Of a DNA stretch of 64,000 bases, positions 11,313-22,441 are shown one piece after another; position 1 is the first letter of the stretch, and each line of letters starts with the position of its first letter. The DNA comes from Histomonas meleagridis 2922-C6/04-290x (Eukaryota; Protista; Parabasalia). The stretch covers positions 62,001 through 126,000 of the forward strand of contig JAANOX010000087.1 in NCBI GenBank assembly GCA_020184695.1, given 5' to 3'. Below the pieces are notes generated by a model. It made no database searches, was not told the origin of the DNA, and saw nothing but the letters and a program-made list of their open reading frames with translations. A program made the position numbers and the translations under genes.

Positions 11313-14217
11313 ATGTCAAATATTTTCTTCACAATATTCAATAGGTTTGTCCAATCTGAACTTCCATTAATGGAAAGCCAAGAAAAAGAATCTTTACATA
11401 TGTTAAAAACTCTCCAAAATATCACATTAAACATGAACGAAAAAAGTAAGTTAGGTGATGTTCAAATAGCTTTAGATCTTTTTAATGTTAATTTTCCATT
11501 TTCTTTTAATTTTGTTCTTTGTCATTCAGTATATTCATCTTTTGTTTCTAGAATGAAAGACTTCAACATTTATTTTGAATTTTTACAGGAAGTTGAAGCA
11601 AAAGAAAAAGAATTGTTTAAAAATGATTTCAATATTTTTGATATTTTTTCATATATTCTTCTTATCAAAACAACGCAAGAATCAGATTATCTTTTAGAAA
11701 AGCTTTATGAAAAAAATATTATTAATGATGAAATTCTTAAGCGCAAAAAGTCATTTTATTTTGCACAATACAAAACTTTAGATGAACTCAAAAATGACGA
11801 ATATGAACCTTTTTCAGAACAATTTTTAGATAATTATGAAGAACTTTCAAAGAATGATTGGGAGCTTCATAAGCAATTAATCAAAGAAGGAGTCAATCCA
11901 AATGAAATTGCAAAAATAATTCGAAATGATGAAATAGAAAAACTTCAAGAAATATCATCACGAGATAATTTTAATTTTAATCAAATAATTGAACCATCAC
12001 TTTATGAAAGATGTTCATTCATTAACCAAGAAAATGTTACATTAATTGATTACGCAGCATTTTTTGGATCTGTTAAATGTTTTAAATATTTACTTATGAA
12101 TGGTGCAAATGTTAAAAATACAGGTAAATATGCAATTGCAGGCGGAAACTTAGAGATAATTCATTTATGTGAACAAAATCATTCATCATTTGAAGGCGCA
12201 TATTCAGCAGCAATTGAATTCCATCGAATTGATATTATGCAATATGTTCATGAAAACGAAATTTTAGACGTAAGATATATAGCCGAATTTGGAAGACAAT
12301 GTATTTATCATAATAACTATGAACTTTTCACATATTTCAAAGATGAAGGAATGGAAATTGATGATTCTTTTATGAATGAAGCAGCTAAGAATGGAAATAT
12401 ATTTCTTGTTCAATATTTTAATGAAGAGGTTCAAATACCAAATAATGTTTTGGTATCAGCTTCAAAATCGGGTAATTTAGAATTAGTTAAATATCTTATA
12501 ACACAAAAGAAAATCAATGTAAATGCTAAAGATATTCAATATTTCTATTTAATGTTAATTTCGTGGGAAATGGATTTCTTTAAAATATTTAATTTTCATT
12601 GGTATTGTTTGATACAGCACTTATAGTTGCATCAGAATATGAGAATTGTGGATTAGTTAAATTTCTTCTCGAACAAGAAGATATTAATGTTAGTGCAAGA
12701 AATGTTTTTTAGTTTTGTATAAAATATCTTTCTAAAATTTGATGTGTTTTAATGATATTCGGATTTAATTGAAATCATTTGAAACAGCACTTATTTGGGC
12801 ATCACAAAAAGGTCATATAGAAATAGTTAAATTACTTCTTGAACATGAAGGAATTGATATTAATGCTAAAGATATTTATTTGTTTTATCTAAAATTTATT
12901 ATAATAATTCAATATTACAAAATAATATTTGGAAATTATTTAAATTATTTTATACAGCACTTATGAATGCATCTAGAGATGGTCATACAGAAATAGTTAA
13001 ATTACTTCTTGAACAAGAAGGAATTGATATTAATGCTAAAGATATTTATTTGTTTTATTTAATATTTATTTTAATTATTTTATATTTCAAAATAATATTT
13101 GGAAATTATTTTAAATTATATAAAACAGCACTTATGTATGCATCTAGAGATGGTCATACAGAAATAGTTAAATTACTTCTTGAACAAGAAGGAATTGATA
13201 TTAATGCTAAAGATATTTATTTGTTTTGTTTAATATTTATTTTAATTATTTTATATTTCAAAATAATATTTGGAAATTATTTAAATTATATAAAACAGCA
13301 CTTATGTATGCATCTAGAGATGGTCATACAGAAATAGTTAAATTACTTCTTGAACAAGAAGGAATTGATATTAATGCTAAAGATATTTATTTGTTTTGTT
13401 TAATATTTATTTTAATTATTTTATATTTCAAAATAATATTTTGGAAATTATTTAAATTATAGAAAACAGCACTTATGTATGCATCTAGAGATGGTCATAC
13501 AGAAATAGTTAAATTACTTCTTGAACAAGAAGGAATTGATATTAATGCTAAAGATATTTATTTGTTTTATTTAAAATTTATTTTAATTATTTTATATTTC
13601 AAAATAATATTTGGAAATTATTTAAATTATATAAAACAGCACTTATGTATGCATCTAGAGATGGTCCTACAGAAATAGTTAAATTACTTCTTGAACAAGA
13701 AGGAATTGATATTAATGCTAAAGATATTTATTTGTTTTATTTAATGATTATTTTAATAATTTGATATTTCAAAATAATATATGGAAATTATTTAAATTAT
13801 TTAATACAGCACTTATGTGGGCATCTGCAAAAGGTCATACAGAAATAGTTAAATTACTTCTTGAACAAGAAGGAATTGATATTAATGCAAAAGATATTTA
13901 TTTGTTTTATTTGAAATTTATTTTAATAATTTGATATTTCAAAATAATATTTGGAAATTATTTAAATTATTTGATACAGCACTTATGATTGCATCTGAAA
14001 ATGGTTATACAGAAATAGTTAAATTACTTCTTGAACAAGAAGGAATTGATATTAATGCTAAAGATATTTATTTGTCTTATTTAAAATTTATTTTAATTAT
14101 TTTATATTTCAAAATAATATTTGGAAATTATTTAAATTATATAAAACAGCACTTATGTATGCATCTAGAGATGGTCATACAGAAATAGTTAAATTACTTT
14201 TGTTTAACTGCAATTAA
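11313..14217 (+). CDS. DUF3447-type domain + tandem ankyrin array with ten spacer-interrupted loops
   Basis: ORF 11313..12626 plus a 170-171-nt-period array. Blocks start at 12534, 12704, 12874, 13044, 13215, 13385, 13556, 13726, 13896 and 14066. The decoded frame ends at TAA 14215-14217. Confidence 0.9.
12534..14145 (+). repeat. Tandem array, period 170-171 nt (90 nt contiguous ankyrin coding + 80-81-nt spacer/codon block)
   Basis: Near-identical copies of ACAGCACTTATG...GAAATAGTTAAATTACTTCTTGAACAAGAAGGAATTGATATTAATGCTAAAGAT, each followed by the block. Confidence 0.95.
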
Positions 14218-14919
14218 TCTTTAATAATGAAAATATCATGTCATTGCTCAAAGAAAAGATTCAGTAAAATTGATGTTCAAAAAATAAGAAAAATATAAAA
14301 TAATGAACTCAAACTGAGAAAATAAAGATATTCTGATGAATTTTTTAATTTTTATTATGAATTCCTATCGTCACTTGAGTAAAAATCTGTTTTCATATTG
14401 AGAAAAAAATATAAAGATCAAAATGGAAATTTCGAAATCAATTTTCCCAAAATATATATTTTTAAAGCCCAATCTTATTTATTATTGATGTATATTATAT
14501 TTTATAGGGTAGTTCTTGAAATCTTCAGGATGATTTTTTTCATTCAATTTTATTCATTTTATGATCACTTTATTTTAAATCGTTTCTAAAAAGTTCTATG
14601 AAGTGGCGGTGGGTTTTTTTCTAGCTATAATATCAAAATAAAGTAAATATTAAAATATATATATTATATTGCTTAATTTTAATGATTTCCCAAGATATTT
14701 ATATTTCGATGGTCAAAAAGTGCTCAAAATTTGGTTTTTTGTGTGTGTTTTGTTATGTGATCATTTTCAAAATTTTTGTAATTAAAATAGCTTTATTTGG
14801 CAGATAGAAAACAAATATGAAAGAATAAAAAAAAGCTCCTCTACATTAGTTACATTATAGCTATCTAAAATTATTTTCAGATGCTGATTTGAAATATGAT
14901 AAATTGTGATTGATATTAA

Positions 14920-15324
14920 ATAAAAAACAAAACACAAATAGTCGTTCGTTCCCTTCCACCCAAATCTATATTTAATATCATAAAATTTAGCAATAATTAT
15001 TCCCCACTTTGGGTGAAATCCTCACAACTTGAACCTTCTACATTTAAAGACGCCATCAAATTTATTCAAAACATCTCTGATTCTGGCGCAGACATTCAAG
15101 GCCTTCTTCCTGCTCTTGAATTTATTTTCAAAGAAAAACCGAAAACAAGGCGTCAAATTTTCATCGTCGCTCAGGGCACCCCCGATAGACAAACTGAAAT
15201 TTTCGAACTTTTTGAGCAGCACAAAAGTGACACCCGATGTTATCCCATAATGGGATTCCCATTGGCTTTAGATTTCATGTTGATTCCTATTATTAATTTA
15301 ATTAATTTAATATTCAAAGCGTAA
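14920..15324 (+). pseudogene. Isolated vWA (VIT/vWA5A-like) domain fragment
   Basis: Open frame VVRSLPPKSIFNIIKFS...GADIQGLLPAL...RQIFIVAQG resembles a vWA core. No ATG, an upstream stop at 14917, and no N-terminal DxSxS. Confidence 0.55.
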
Positions 15325-16191
15325 GTCAGACAAATATGATGCAAAATTGCTTTATTTTCCACTTCAGGCATGTTTGAATAAGAATGAATACAAAAAAAGA
15401 TATAATAAACAAAACTTGTTTAATAATTACAAAAGCGTATTCTTTGCTTAAATCAGAAATCAAGTAGTATTAAGGTTGATCATCGGTCATTATATATGAT
15501 TATTTATTAGATATATTTATGTTCTTTCATTGCCACCTGAAATTGCTTTTTAAAAATAGTGCAAAAAAATGGAAACACACTATTCAAAAAAGTGACTTCA
15601 AAAACCTATCGGAGCGGTTATTACGTAATCACAAAAAGTCGTTGATATGATCATAATAAAGTGACTTTTTTGCATTTACATTCTGAATTAATGTTTCCCT
15701 TGATTCTTGATAGCCCTTTTATGCATTTATCTTCTTTGCTCAAATATTGTTGTTTAGCTGTATCTGCAACATCCCTATTAACATTATTTAATCAATGAAA
15801 GCATAAAATAAACAAAAATTATATAATTCTTCAATGTTTATTGTTTTTTCGATAATAATTTTACAATCAAAATACAGTTATTTTCTATTGAATTAGTTAA
15901 CCCATTTTCACTTTTTTAATTTTGTCAAACTTGTCATGTTTTGAGAGAATCGATCAAATAGATCTTCACTGATTCACTTCCTCGTAATTTTGCTTTTAAA
16001 AAATTTCACCGGCCATATTTTGTTGTTAAATGATAAGTATGTTTGAAATCTTTTAATTTTATTTTGAAGAATGATCGAAAAAAATAATATTTCTCAAAAA
16101 TCAAATTTCACATTATCATTAAAATATCTGTCATCACGTTGCTTTGTAACCACTATTTTCATAAAAAATAAATTATCGAATTTCGAAATAT

Positions 16192-16755
16192 TTGCATTTG
16201 ACTTTTGACGGTTATAAAAGGGCTTTTTGTGATAATTATTTCAATATGGAACTTTTTGAAAAAGTGCTGTTAGCTTTGTACTTTTTCAATAATTCGGCGG
16301 GCGAATTAAACCATATGAACGAAATTCAAGCACAGAATCAAGTAGGCGATGAAAATCAAGAGCAAATGGAAAAATTTTATCAGCAGTATCAGAATTTAAT
16401 GCAGCAACAACAACAAACCAATAACCAGTCTGATATCGTTGATCTTAGTTATCAACGAAACTTATACTCAGAAGCCTCTGCAGAAAAGAAAAGGATAACA
16501 GAGCGCTTAAATGGTTTCAACCCCAGAGAAAATAATGCGTGGAAAGAAATTTCAAGAAGATTTGGAGCAAGTATTAAACACCCAGAATTATTGAGTATTG
16601 CTACAGTACTCGCAAATTATGCAAATGTTCGGCTTGATCGTGATGCAAAACGTAGGAAAACAGTTTTGATAAAATGGTTTCAAGAAAATTGGGCAACTGT
16701 TTCACCCTACCTTGATTATGTTGTCCTTGAAGATAGCCCTCAAATTCAACACTAG
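16192..16755 (+). CDS. Hypothetical protein with Q-rich region and a trichomonad-type C-terminal domain (ELLSIA...LDRDAKRRK..LIKWFQENW)
   Basis: ORF with likely ATG at 16246. The basic C-terminal motif is typical of an expanded parabasalid hypothetical family. Confidence 0.65.
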   Translation: MHLTFDGYKRAFCDNYFNMELFEKVLLALYFFNNSAGELNHMNEIQAQNQVGDENQEQMEKFYQQYQNLMQQQQQTNNQSDIVDLSYQRNLYSEASAEKKRITERLNGFNPRENNAWKEISRRFGASIKHPELLSIATVLANYANVRLDRDAKRRKTVLIKWFQENWATVSPYLDYVVLEDSPQIQH

Positions 16756-17064
16756 TTATACCCAAAAATTTCAACAAATAAATCTTTTTTCATTTGGAAT
16801 TTTATTCCATAAAGGTAAATTTTTTGGATAATTTCTAACAATTTTGATACAACAGAAAGAAAATGAAAATAAAATAATTAAATAAAATTTCGATTTTAGG
16901 GAAGGTGCAAGCGAGAAAAGAACACTTTAAACATATTCCAAAGCCGTTTAATATGTTCTTTTTTAATAAACCAGTTAAAAATTGAAGCAGTGTTTCAAAA
17001 AGTTCTATCGTTGTGTTTGCACAAAAGATATAACGATCATTTTGTACTCAAAATAAGTTGTATT

Positions 17065-17826
17065 TTATTCATTTGTATTTTCTGTGTTTTTTGTTTGTAC
17101 TCGCGCACAAAACTTTGGAACATTGCACCCACAAAGTTCCTTCCAATCTGGAACAAGTCCAATGTATAAGTTCCTTCCTAATGATATCCACAAAATTGCA
17201 GAATCACCATTGTGATAAACAGCACGATGTTGACCAACAAGATTCATAATTTTCTGATTGAGTTCATCATGCGTTTCTTTTTGACCGTCACCTTTGTGTT
17301 TTCGTTGGATAACTATTTCATATTGAATCTGCTTTTCTGGTGTAAACATTTTGGGAAGGAGTTCAGCTAGAATTGGTAAAGATTCATCAGAGTTTGGAAA
17401 GGCACTTGCAAGAATTGGATACATTCTTACTACATGTTTTGTGAGTGATTCACAATTCTGAGATATGTAATTGAAGTAACGTCTGACGATTTCATTAGGG
17501 TCGTCTTGCTCAACAGTAAAGCGGATAAAACAATTTCCGGTAACTTCTGATATGTATGGTACGAATCTTGCTTTTTGTGTTTTTTGCTGAGATCTTAGTG
17601 CAGCCAGCTCAGATTCGAGTGATTCTTCTGCGGGTGTTTCCTGCTGTTGTTGTTCTTCTTCTGGTAATGGATCTGAAAATCTTTCTAATACACTTATTGC
17701 TTCATGCATGCCACGATTAATAGAGTGAATATCACTCGTAATTAATACGCCTTTAGAACCCTTTGGTGGCACTTGTAAATTTTGTGATTTTTTGTTTTGA
17801 AAGTAGGATTGCTTTTTCTTGCCCAT
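17065..17826 (-). CDS. THUMP-domain protein (Tan1/THUMPD1-like)
   Basis: 253 aa. N-terminal GVLITSD...EAISVL, acidic LESELAAL linker and THUMP-like C-terminal half. Confidence 0.7.
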   Translation of the reverse strand: MGKKKQSYFQNKKSQNLQVPPKGSKGVLITSDIHSINRGMHEAISVLERFSDPLPEEEQQQQETPAEESLESELAALRSQQKTQKARFVPYISEVTGNCFIRFTVEQDDPNEIVRRYFNYISQNCESLTKHVVRMYPILASAFPNSDESLPILAELLPKMFTPEKQIQYEIVIQRKHKGDGQKETHDELNQKIMNLVGQHRAVYHNGDSAILWISLGRNLYIGLVPDWKELCGCNVPKFCARVQTKNTENTNE

Positions 17827-17905
17827 GATATGGCACTTTTTCTATTCTACTTACGGTTATATGGGAATATACTTCAAATTCTTATGGTACTAAAACGACT
17901 TGTAG

Positions 17906-17917
17906 GTCGACCGTTTG
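17906..17917 (+). promoter_or_regulatory. M3-like (Myb-recognition-element-like) core promoter motif GACCGTTT between divergent THUMP and CBF5 genes
   Basis: Matches the Trichomonas M3 consensus RRCSGTTD within a ~156-bp divergent intergenic region. Confidence 0.35.
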
Positions 17918-17949
17918 ATTGTGTAAAGATATCAAAAAATTGAATAACT

Positions 17950-19128
17950 TTGTTTCGATTTGGCGTGACCATCAATTCCAAAATGAGCGAAATTCCAGAC
18001 ACTTCAAATTGGCCATTACTCCTAAAGAATTATACACAACTTAACACTAAAGCAGGAAACTTTACAGCACTTCCAGATGGCTATTCTCCACTTAAACGTC
18101 CACTTAATGAACATCTCAAGTATGGTGTTATCAATCTCGACAAACCAGCTAATCCATCCTCACATGAAATTGTTTCATGGGTTAAACAAATATTAAAAGT
18201 TGAAAAAACCGGACATTCCGGAACATTAGATCCAAAAGTTACAGGAGTTCTTATTATTTGTCTTAACAGAGCCACTCGCATAGCTAAATCTCAACAAAAT
18301 GCAGGTAAAGAATATGTAGCTGTTCTTAAACTTCATGATACCGTTCCAACTCAAGAATTAGAATCTGCAGTCAAATTCCTCACAGGCCGTGTCTATCAAT
18401 GTCCTCCATTAGTTTCAGCTGTCAAGAAAGAACTTCGTGTTCGTCATATATATTCCAATCAAATAGTTGAATATGATCCAGAACAAAAATTAGCAATTCT
18501 TAAAGTTGCATGTGAAGCCGGAACATATATCCGAGTTCTTTGTGAGCACATAGGTTTAGTCTGTAAAGTTGGTGGAGAAATGGCAGAACTTCGACGTACA
18601 CGGACAGGAAATATCACTGAAGAAAATGGACTTGTTACGATGTATGATGTCTTAGACTCCAAATGGCTTCTCGACAAGCGCAACGACGAATCGTACATCA
18701 GACGAGTTGTGCGACCGTTAGAGTGGATGTTAACTGAATACAAACGAATCGTGATCAAAGACACGTGTGTTGATGCTATATGTCATGGCGCCAAGGCAAT
18801 GATTCCAGGTATTATTCGATATGATCCGAACATTGAAACAGGTGATACGATAATTTTGATATCCACAAAAGGTGAAGCTATTGCTTTAGCTATAGCGCAA
18901 ATGCCTTCTAATTTGATAATGTCTTTGGAACATGGCGTTGTTGCTAATATTAAAAGAGTTATCATGGATAGAGGTACATACCCCAAGAAATGGGGATTGG
19001 GGCCTGTGGCAATGGAAAGAAAGAGAATGATAAAAGAGGGTTTGTTGACAGATAAGGGTAAGCCAAATAATAAAACACCTCCAAATTGGATGAGAAACTT
19101 TTTGGAAGGAAAACTTAAAAATCAATAA
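17950..19128 (+). CDS. CBF5: H/ACA RNP pseudouridine synthase Cbf5/dyskerin
   Basis: Motifs GVINLDKPANPSSHE, GHSGTLDPKVTG, CEAGTYIR and PUA domain, ending RGTYPKKWGLGP. Likely ATG at 17983. Confidence 0.97.
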   Translation: MFRFGVTINSKMSEIPDTSNWPLLLKNYTQLNTKAGNFTALPDGYSPLKRPLNEHLKYGVINLDKPANPSSHEIVSWVKQILKVEKTGHSGTLDPKVTGVLIICLNRATRIAKSQQNAGKEYVAVLKLHDTVPTQELESAVKFLTGRVYQCPPLVSAVKKELRVRHIYSNQIVEYDPEQKLAILKVACEAGTYIRVLCEHIGLVCKVGGEMAELRRTRTGNITEENGLVTMYDVLDSKWLLDKRNDESYIRRVVRPLEWMLTEYKRIVIKDTCVDAICHGAKAMIPGIIRYDPNIETGDTIILISTKGEAIALAIAQMPSNLIMSLEHGVVANIKRVIMDRGTYPKKWGLGPVAMERKRMIKEGLLTDKGKPNNKTPPNWMRNFLEGKLKNQ

Positions 19129-19531
19129 ATATTTCAATTTTGGTAATTGTAACAAATGTTTTTCGAGATCTGCAAACTCGATTTTTCTTATGTATCTTTA
19201 TCCATGATAACTCTTTTAATATTAGCTAAAAGATTGGAATCACCCAATTTGATTAAACATAGCTCAAATAACTCAATCCATTTTAAATGATTCTCCAATT
19301 ATTAAACAATGAGGAAATGTTTATTATATACAATTCGACGTCAAATTTTTGTTTTATTGTAACATCATAACAATTCATAAAATGGTACAAAATGATTTAA
19401 TATTAAATTCAGTTCTTTGTCTTTCGCACGTACTATTTCTTTATTGCTGTTTTGCTTTGTAATCAAACCTCAGAAGAAGTTTCAGCGAATGAAAATTACA
19501 TTCAAAAGAAGTAAAAATCATTTTATTATTA

Positions 19532-20788
19532 TTAAACTTGTACAAAAACATGTATTGAACCATCCGCTCCACCTGTTGCAAACAAGTGCTTAGTACAACT
19601 TGGTGAGCTTGCAGCGCAACACAAAATCCCTTCTCCATATTTATCCTTATGAATTGAGTCATCGTATTCCATTTTATAAGTATCGACTCTCCAAACTCGA
19701 ACTTTCAAGTCGTGACTTGTTGACACGATAAAATGTCCACAAGGAGTTACTGCTACACCGGAAACAGGTTTTTCATGTGCTACAAATTCTTTTATAAGTT
19801 CCATCTTTTGTATATTAATAATTCGTATTTGATTATCTTCGCATCCTAAAACTAAATGTCCTTCGTTTTTAACAATCGTCATCGAATACGCACGTGATGG
19901 AATCGTTGTTTGCCCAATTTCTTCATTAACTTTAAATAGTTGAATAACATTGTTATCGTTGCATACAACGTATTTATCGTCGCCATAACCGCATACAAAA
20001 AGTGGCTTTGATGCGGTTTTAACGTTCTCCGCAATCCCATCATCGATGTTGAACATTTTAAGGGTTCCATCAGACGATGCGGTGATTGCTTTGTTGCCTA
20101 CAATGTCAATGGACCAGATAGAATCAGAGTGGATCTTATAAAGTTTTGTACGATGATGTGTAACTACTCCATGAGTATCATATAACGCACAGCCAATAAC
20201 TGGCATCTCCCAAACAGCAACATTACCTTCTAAATCTCCACTAAGCATCATTTGAACACCATCTTTCATAAATGATTTAAGAACAAGAACTGGAGCTGGA
20301 TGTCCACGAAGAGAAGCAATATTAACAGGATTTCGTTTGACTTTTCTCTTGGTGGCTGTTGCTGGTTTGGGGTCAATGTTAATAACTCTGATTGTGCCAT
20401 CATCTGAGGCTGATACAAGAATTGGTTGTGTTTGGTAAAAACAAAGTGCACGTACACAATCTAAATGAACATTGAGTGTATTTCTTGGACGATATTTGTA
20501 AGGTTGTGAGTGGTCAATTGATTCTGCTTTGGGAGGTTCAGCCGTTTGTAATACTTTCCGCCTTGGCGTAACGATGCTCGCTGTTGGTGAAGATTGAGGC
20601 TGAACACCAAGCAACTTTTGAAGTTGGAATATTTGTTCTTCGAGTTCTTTTTGACACATCATTCTTGCAGCTGCTTTGCCTGTTAGAATTGAAAGCTCGG
20701 TTTTCAACTTGTTACGCTCCTCCGCCCACTCCTGTGCGCGTTCTTGATGAAGTTTAACTCTTTGAACTAAAGATTCCAATGAACTCAT
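19532..20788 (-). CDS. Striatin-like WD40 protein
   Basis: N-terminal WAEERNKLK coiled coil like the striatin domain, then HLDCVRALCF and further WD40 repeats. Confidence 0.75.
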   Translation of the reverse strand: MSSLESLVQRVKLHQERAQEWAEERNKLKTELSILTGKAAARMMCQKELEEQIFQLQKLLGVQPQSSPTASIVTPRRKVLQTAEPPKAESIDHSQPYKYRPRNTLNVHLDCVRALCFYQTQPILVSASDDGTIRVINIDPKPATATKRKVKRNPVNIASLRGHPAPVLVLKSFMKDGVQMMLSGDLEGNVAVWEMPVIGCALYDTHGVVTHHRTKLYKIHSDSIWSIDIVGNKAITASSDGTLKMFNIDDGIAENVKTASKPLFVCGYGDDKYVVCNDNNVIQLFKVNEEIGQTTIPSRAYSMTIVKNEGHLVLGCEDNQIRIINIQKMELIKEFVAHEKPVSGVAVTPCGHFIVSTSHDLKVRVWRVDTYKMEYDDSIHKDKYGEGILCCAASSPSCTKHLFATGGADGSIHVFVQV

Positions 20789-21146
20789 TCGAGATTATTT
20801 TTGTCATAACCGCTTTTTCAAAACGTAAAATGTCACTTTTTCTAGATATCCAATCTTTTTTCCATGTTAATTCCATTAGTTACTTGGAAGTTTCAACTTT
20901 CTTGTCTCCTAATACATGCCTTAAAGAGAGTTTAAAAAAGTTTTTATCAAAAATTCATATTTATCAAATATATAAAATTAAAACATATACTTTTGAAAAT
21001 TAAAATTTAAAACATACACTTAATTTGCTTCAAAAAGAGACTACACCCATTAAATAAAATTCCACAAAGATGAAAAAGATTTGAGTAGTTTTTAAAGAAG
21101 GAAATGGGGTGCCCCATATTAACGGTCGCAAAAATCGCGTTGGTCG

Positions 21147-22343
21147 ATGGAAGCATTCCCAGAAGAAATTCAGGAAATTATAAAAAAGAATGAAGACCCA
21201 GGAAGGAGGATACGTGCAAAAGAAGAAAAAGAAATGGCAATCAAAACAATTTCTGAGTTCATTCGATCAAATAATTCTTTATTTGAAAATCTTCTTGATC
21301 AACTACTAAAAAAAAGTTCTTATGCATCGTGCAGGTTATACAATGATATTATCAAGCAAATTATCAAAGAAAATCCACCACTCAAAGCAAACTTAATTAA
21401 CTATTTGATGACATTTGAAACAGAAGAACTATTCCAACCACAGACATGCATAGAAGCATTAGAATCATATTTTTCACTTCTTGCTGCATATATTCCACGT
21501 TTTAATGATCAATCAGATGCATCAATAACATTTGAAGAATTATGCGACTATCTCAATGGGAAAGAACTAACTCAGTTACAGTTGTGCCTTCTTCTTCACT
21601 ATAAAAATCAAATAAAGAACATTAATGCTTCCTTATTCAATGTCTTTGAAGAAGAAGAAAAGAAAGCAGAAGCAATTGCTAGTTCTCTTAAAGCTTGTTA
21701 CTTCATACCCAAAGTGTCTAATCAAGATTCTGATGATCCAACAGTTTCCAAATTTGGTGGAGCATGTCCTTACTTACCAAGCCAAGGCAAGCATATATGT
21801 CCTAACGAAGGCTGTGGGGAAGAGGCGGATCTAGTCTTTTCTCTTTATGTTGGATCTCTTCCAGGTGAAATCCAACAATATTTTCCAGAAGACAAAAGGG
21901 AGACGTTAATTGTTGGCACTTTTTGTACCAAATGCGGAAGTCAGCTTCCAATTTCAGTTTATACGAAAGAACAGATCCAAGAACTTGAGTACGCAGACCC
22001 TTCAGACAAACCATTCAACGAACCAAGAATTGTGACTGGATGGAAAAGAGGAATGATGACACCTAAGTCATTAGAAAATAATAATCAAGCATTAACCGGG
22101 CTTTCGGCTCCTCTGGACATTTATTTCGTGAAATCAAAACTTCAAAAATTATCAAGTCCAGAATCACCAACTTATATCGGTGGATATCCTGATGGAGACC
22201 CAAAGAATACCATTTCTCCTGCAAAGCTTTTACTTCAAATGGGAGAATCAGAAGCATCAACTAATTCTTGGGGTGAATATGGAACAGCTCAAATTTGGCT
22301 TGGAGCTGATTCATCTCTTGAATTTGTCATTTCTTTTGAATAA
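21147..22343 (+). CDS. YwqG/DUF1963-like domain protein
   Basis: SKFGGACPYLP and TYIGGYP motifs, C-terminal LLLQM...WGEYGTAQIW, and CxxC pairs. Confidence 0.55.
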   Translation: MEAFPEEIQEIIKKNEDPGRRIRAKEEKEMAIKTISEFIRSNNSLFENLLDQLLKKSSYASCRLYNDIIKQIIKENPPLKANLINYLMTFETEELFQPQTCIEALESYFSLLAAYIPRFNDQSDASITFEELCDYLNGKELTQLQLCLLLHYKNQIKNINASLFNVFEEEEKKAEAIASSLKACYFIPKVSNQDSDDPTVSKFGGACPYLPSQGKHICPNEGCGEEADLVFSLYVGSLPGEIQQYFPEDKRETLIVGTFCTKCGSQLPISVYTKEQIQELEYADPSDKPFNEPRIVTGWKRGMMTPKSLENNNQALTGLSAPLDIYFVKSKLQKLSSPESPTYIGGYPDGDPKNTISPAKLLLQMGESEASTNSWGEYGTAQIWLGADSSLEFVISFE

Positions 22344-22441
22344 ATCATTTCTTGTGTTTTTTAGAGCTGAATGCATGAAAACAACAAATGTAATATGGGC
22401 TGCCCCATAAAATACGTTAAATAAATGGGGTACCCCAATAG

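Noticed and set aside
12534-12613. Classical matched-codon ribosomal bypass (T4 gene 60 / byps type)
   Set aside because: The last three bases of spacers generally do not match the preceding codon (e.g. GAT...TTT, AAT...AAA). Unmatched hopping is not excluded.
12874-12956. Canonical GT...AG intron using TTGTTTT as donor and ACAG (in ACAGCA, Thr-Ala) as acceptor
   Set aside because: Splicing there shifts frame and destroys the conserved T-A-L. Many blocks lack usable GT/AG pairs, and the Gly codon would be lost.
13084-13106. Hairpin ATTTCAAAATA/TATTTGGAAAT as the universal processing signal
   Set aside because: Present in the young array but not evident in diverged blocks (e.g. 536-615, 59220-59279). 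Weak AT-only pairing is expected by chance.
13044-13124. In-frame hydrophobic insert (IYLFYLIFIL...) as a genuine transmembrane segment within ankyrin repeats
   Set aside because: In frame only when block length is a multiple of 3 (81, 66, 63, 60 nt). Sister blocks are 80 nt or contain stops.
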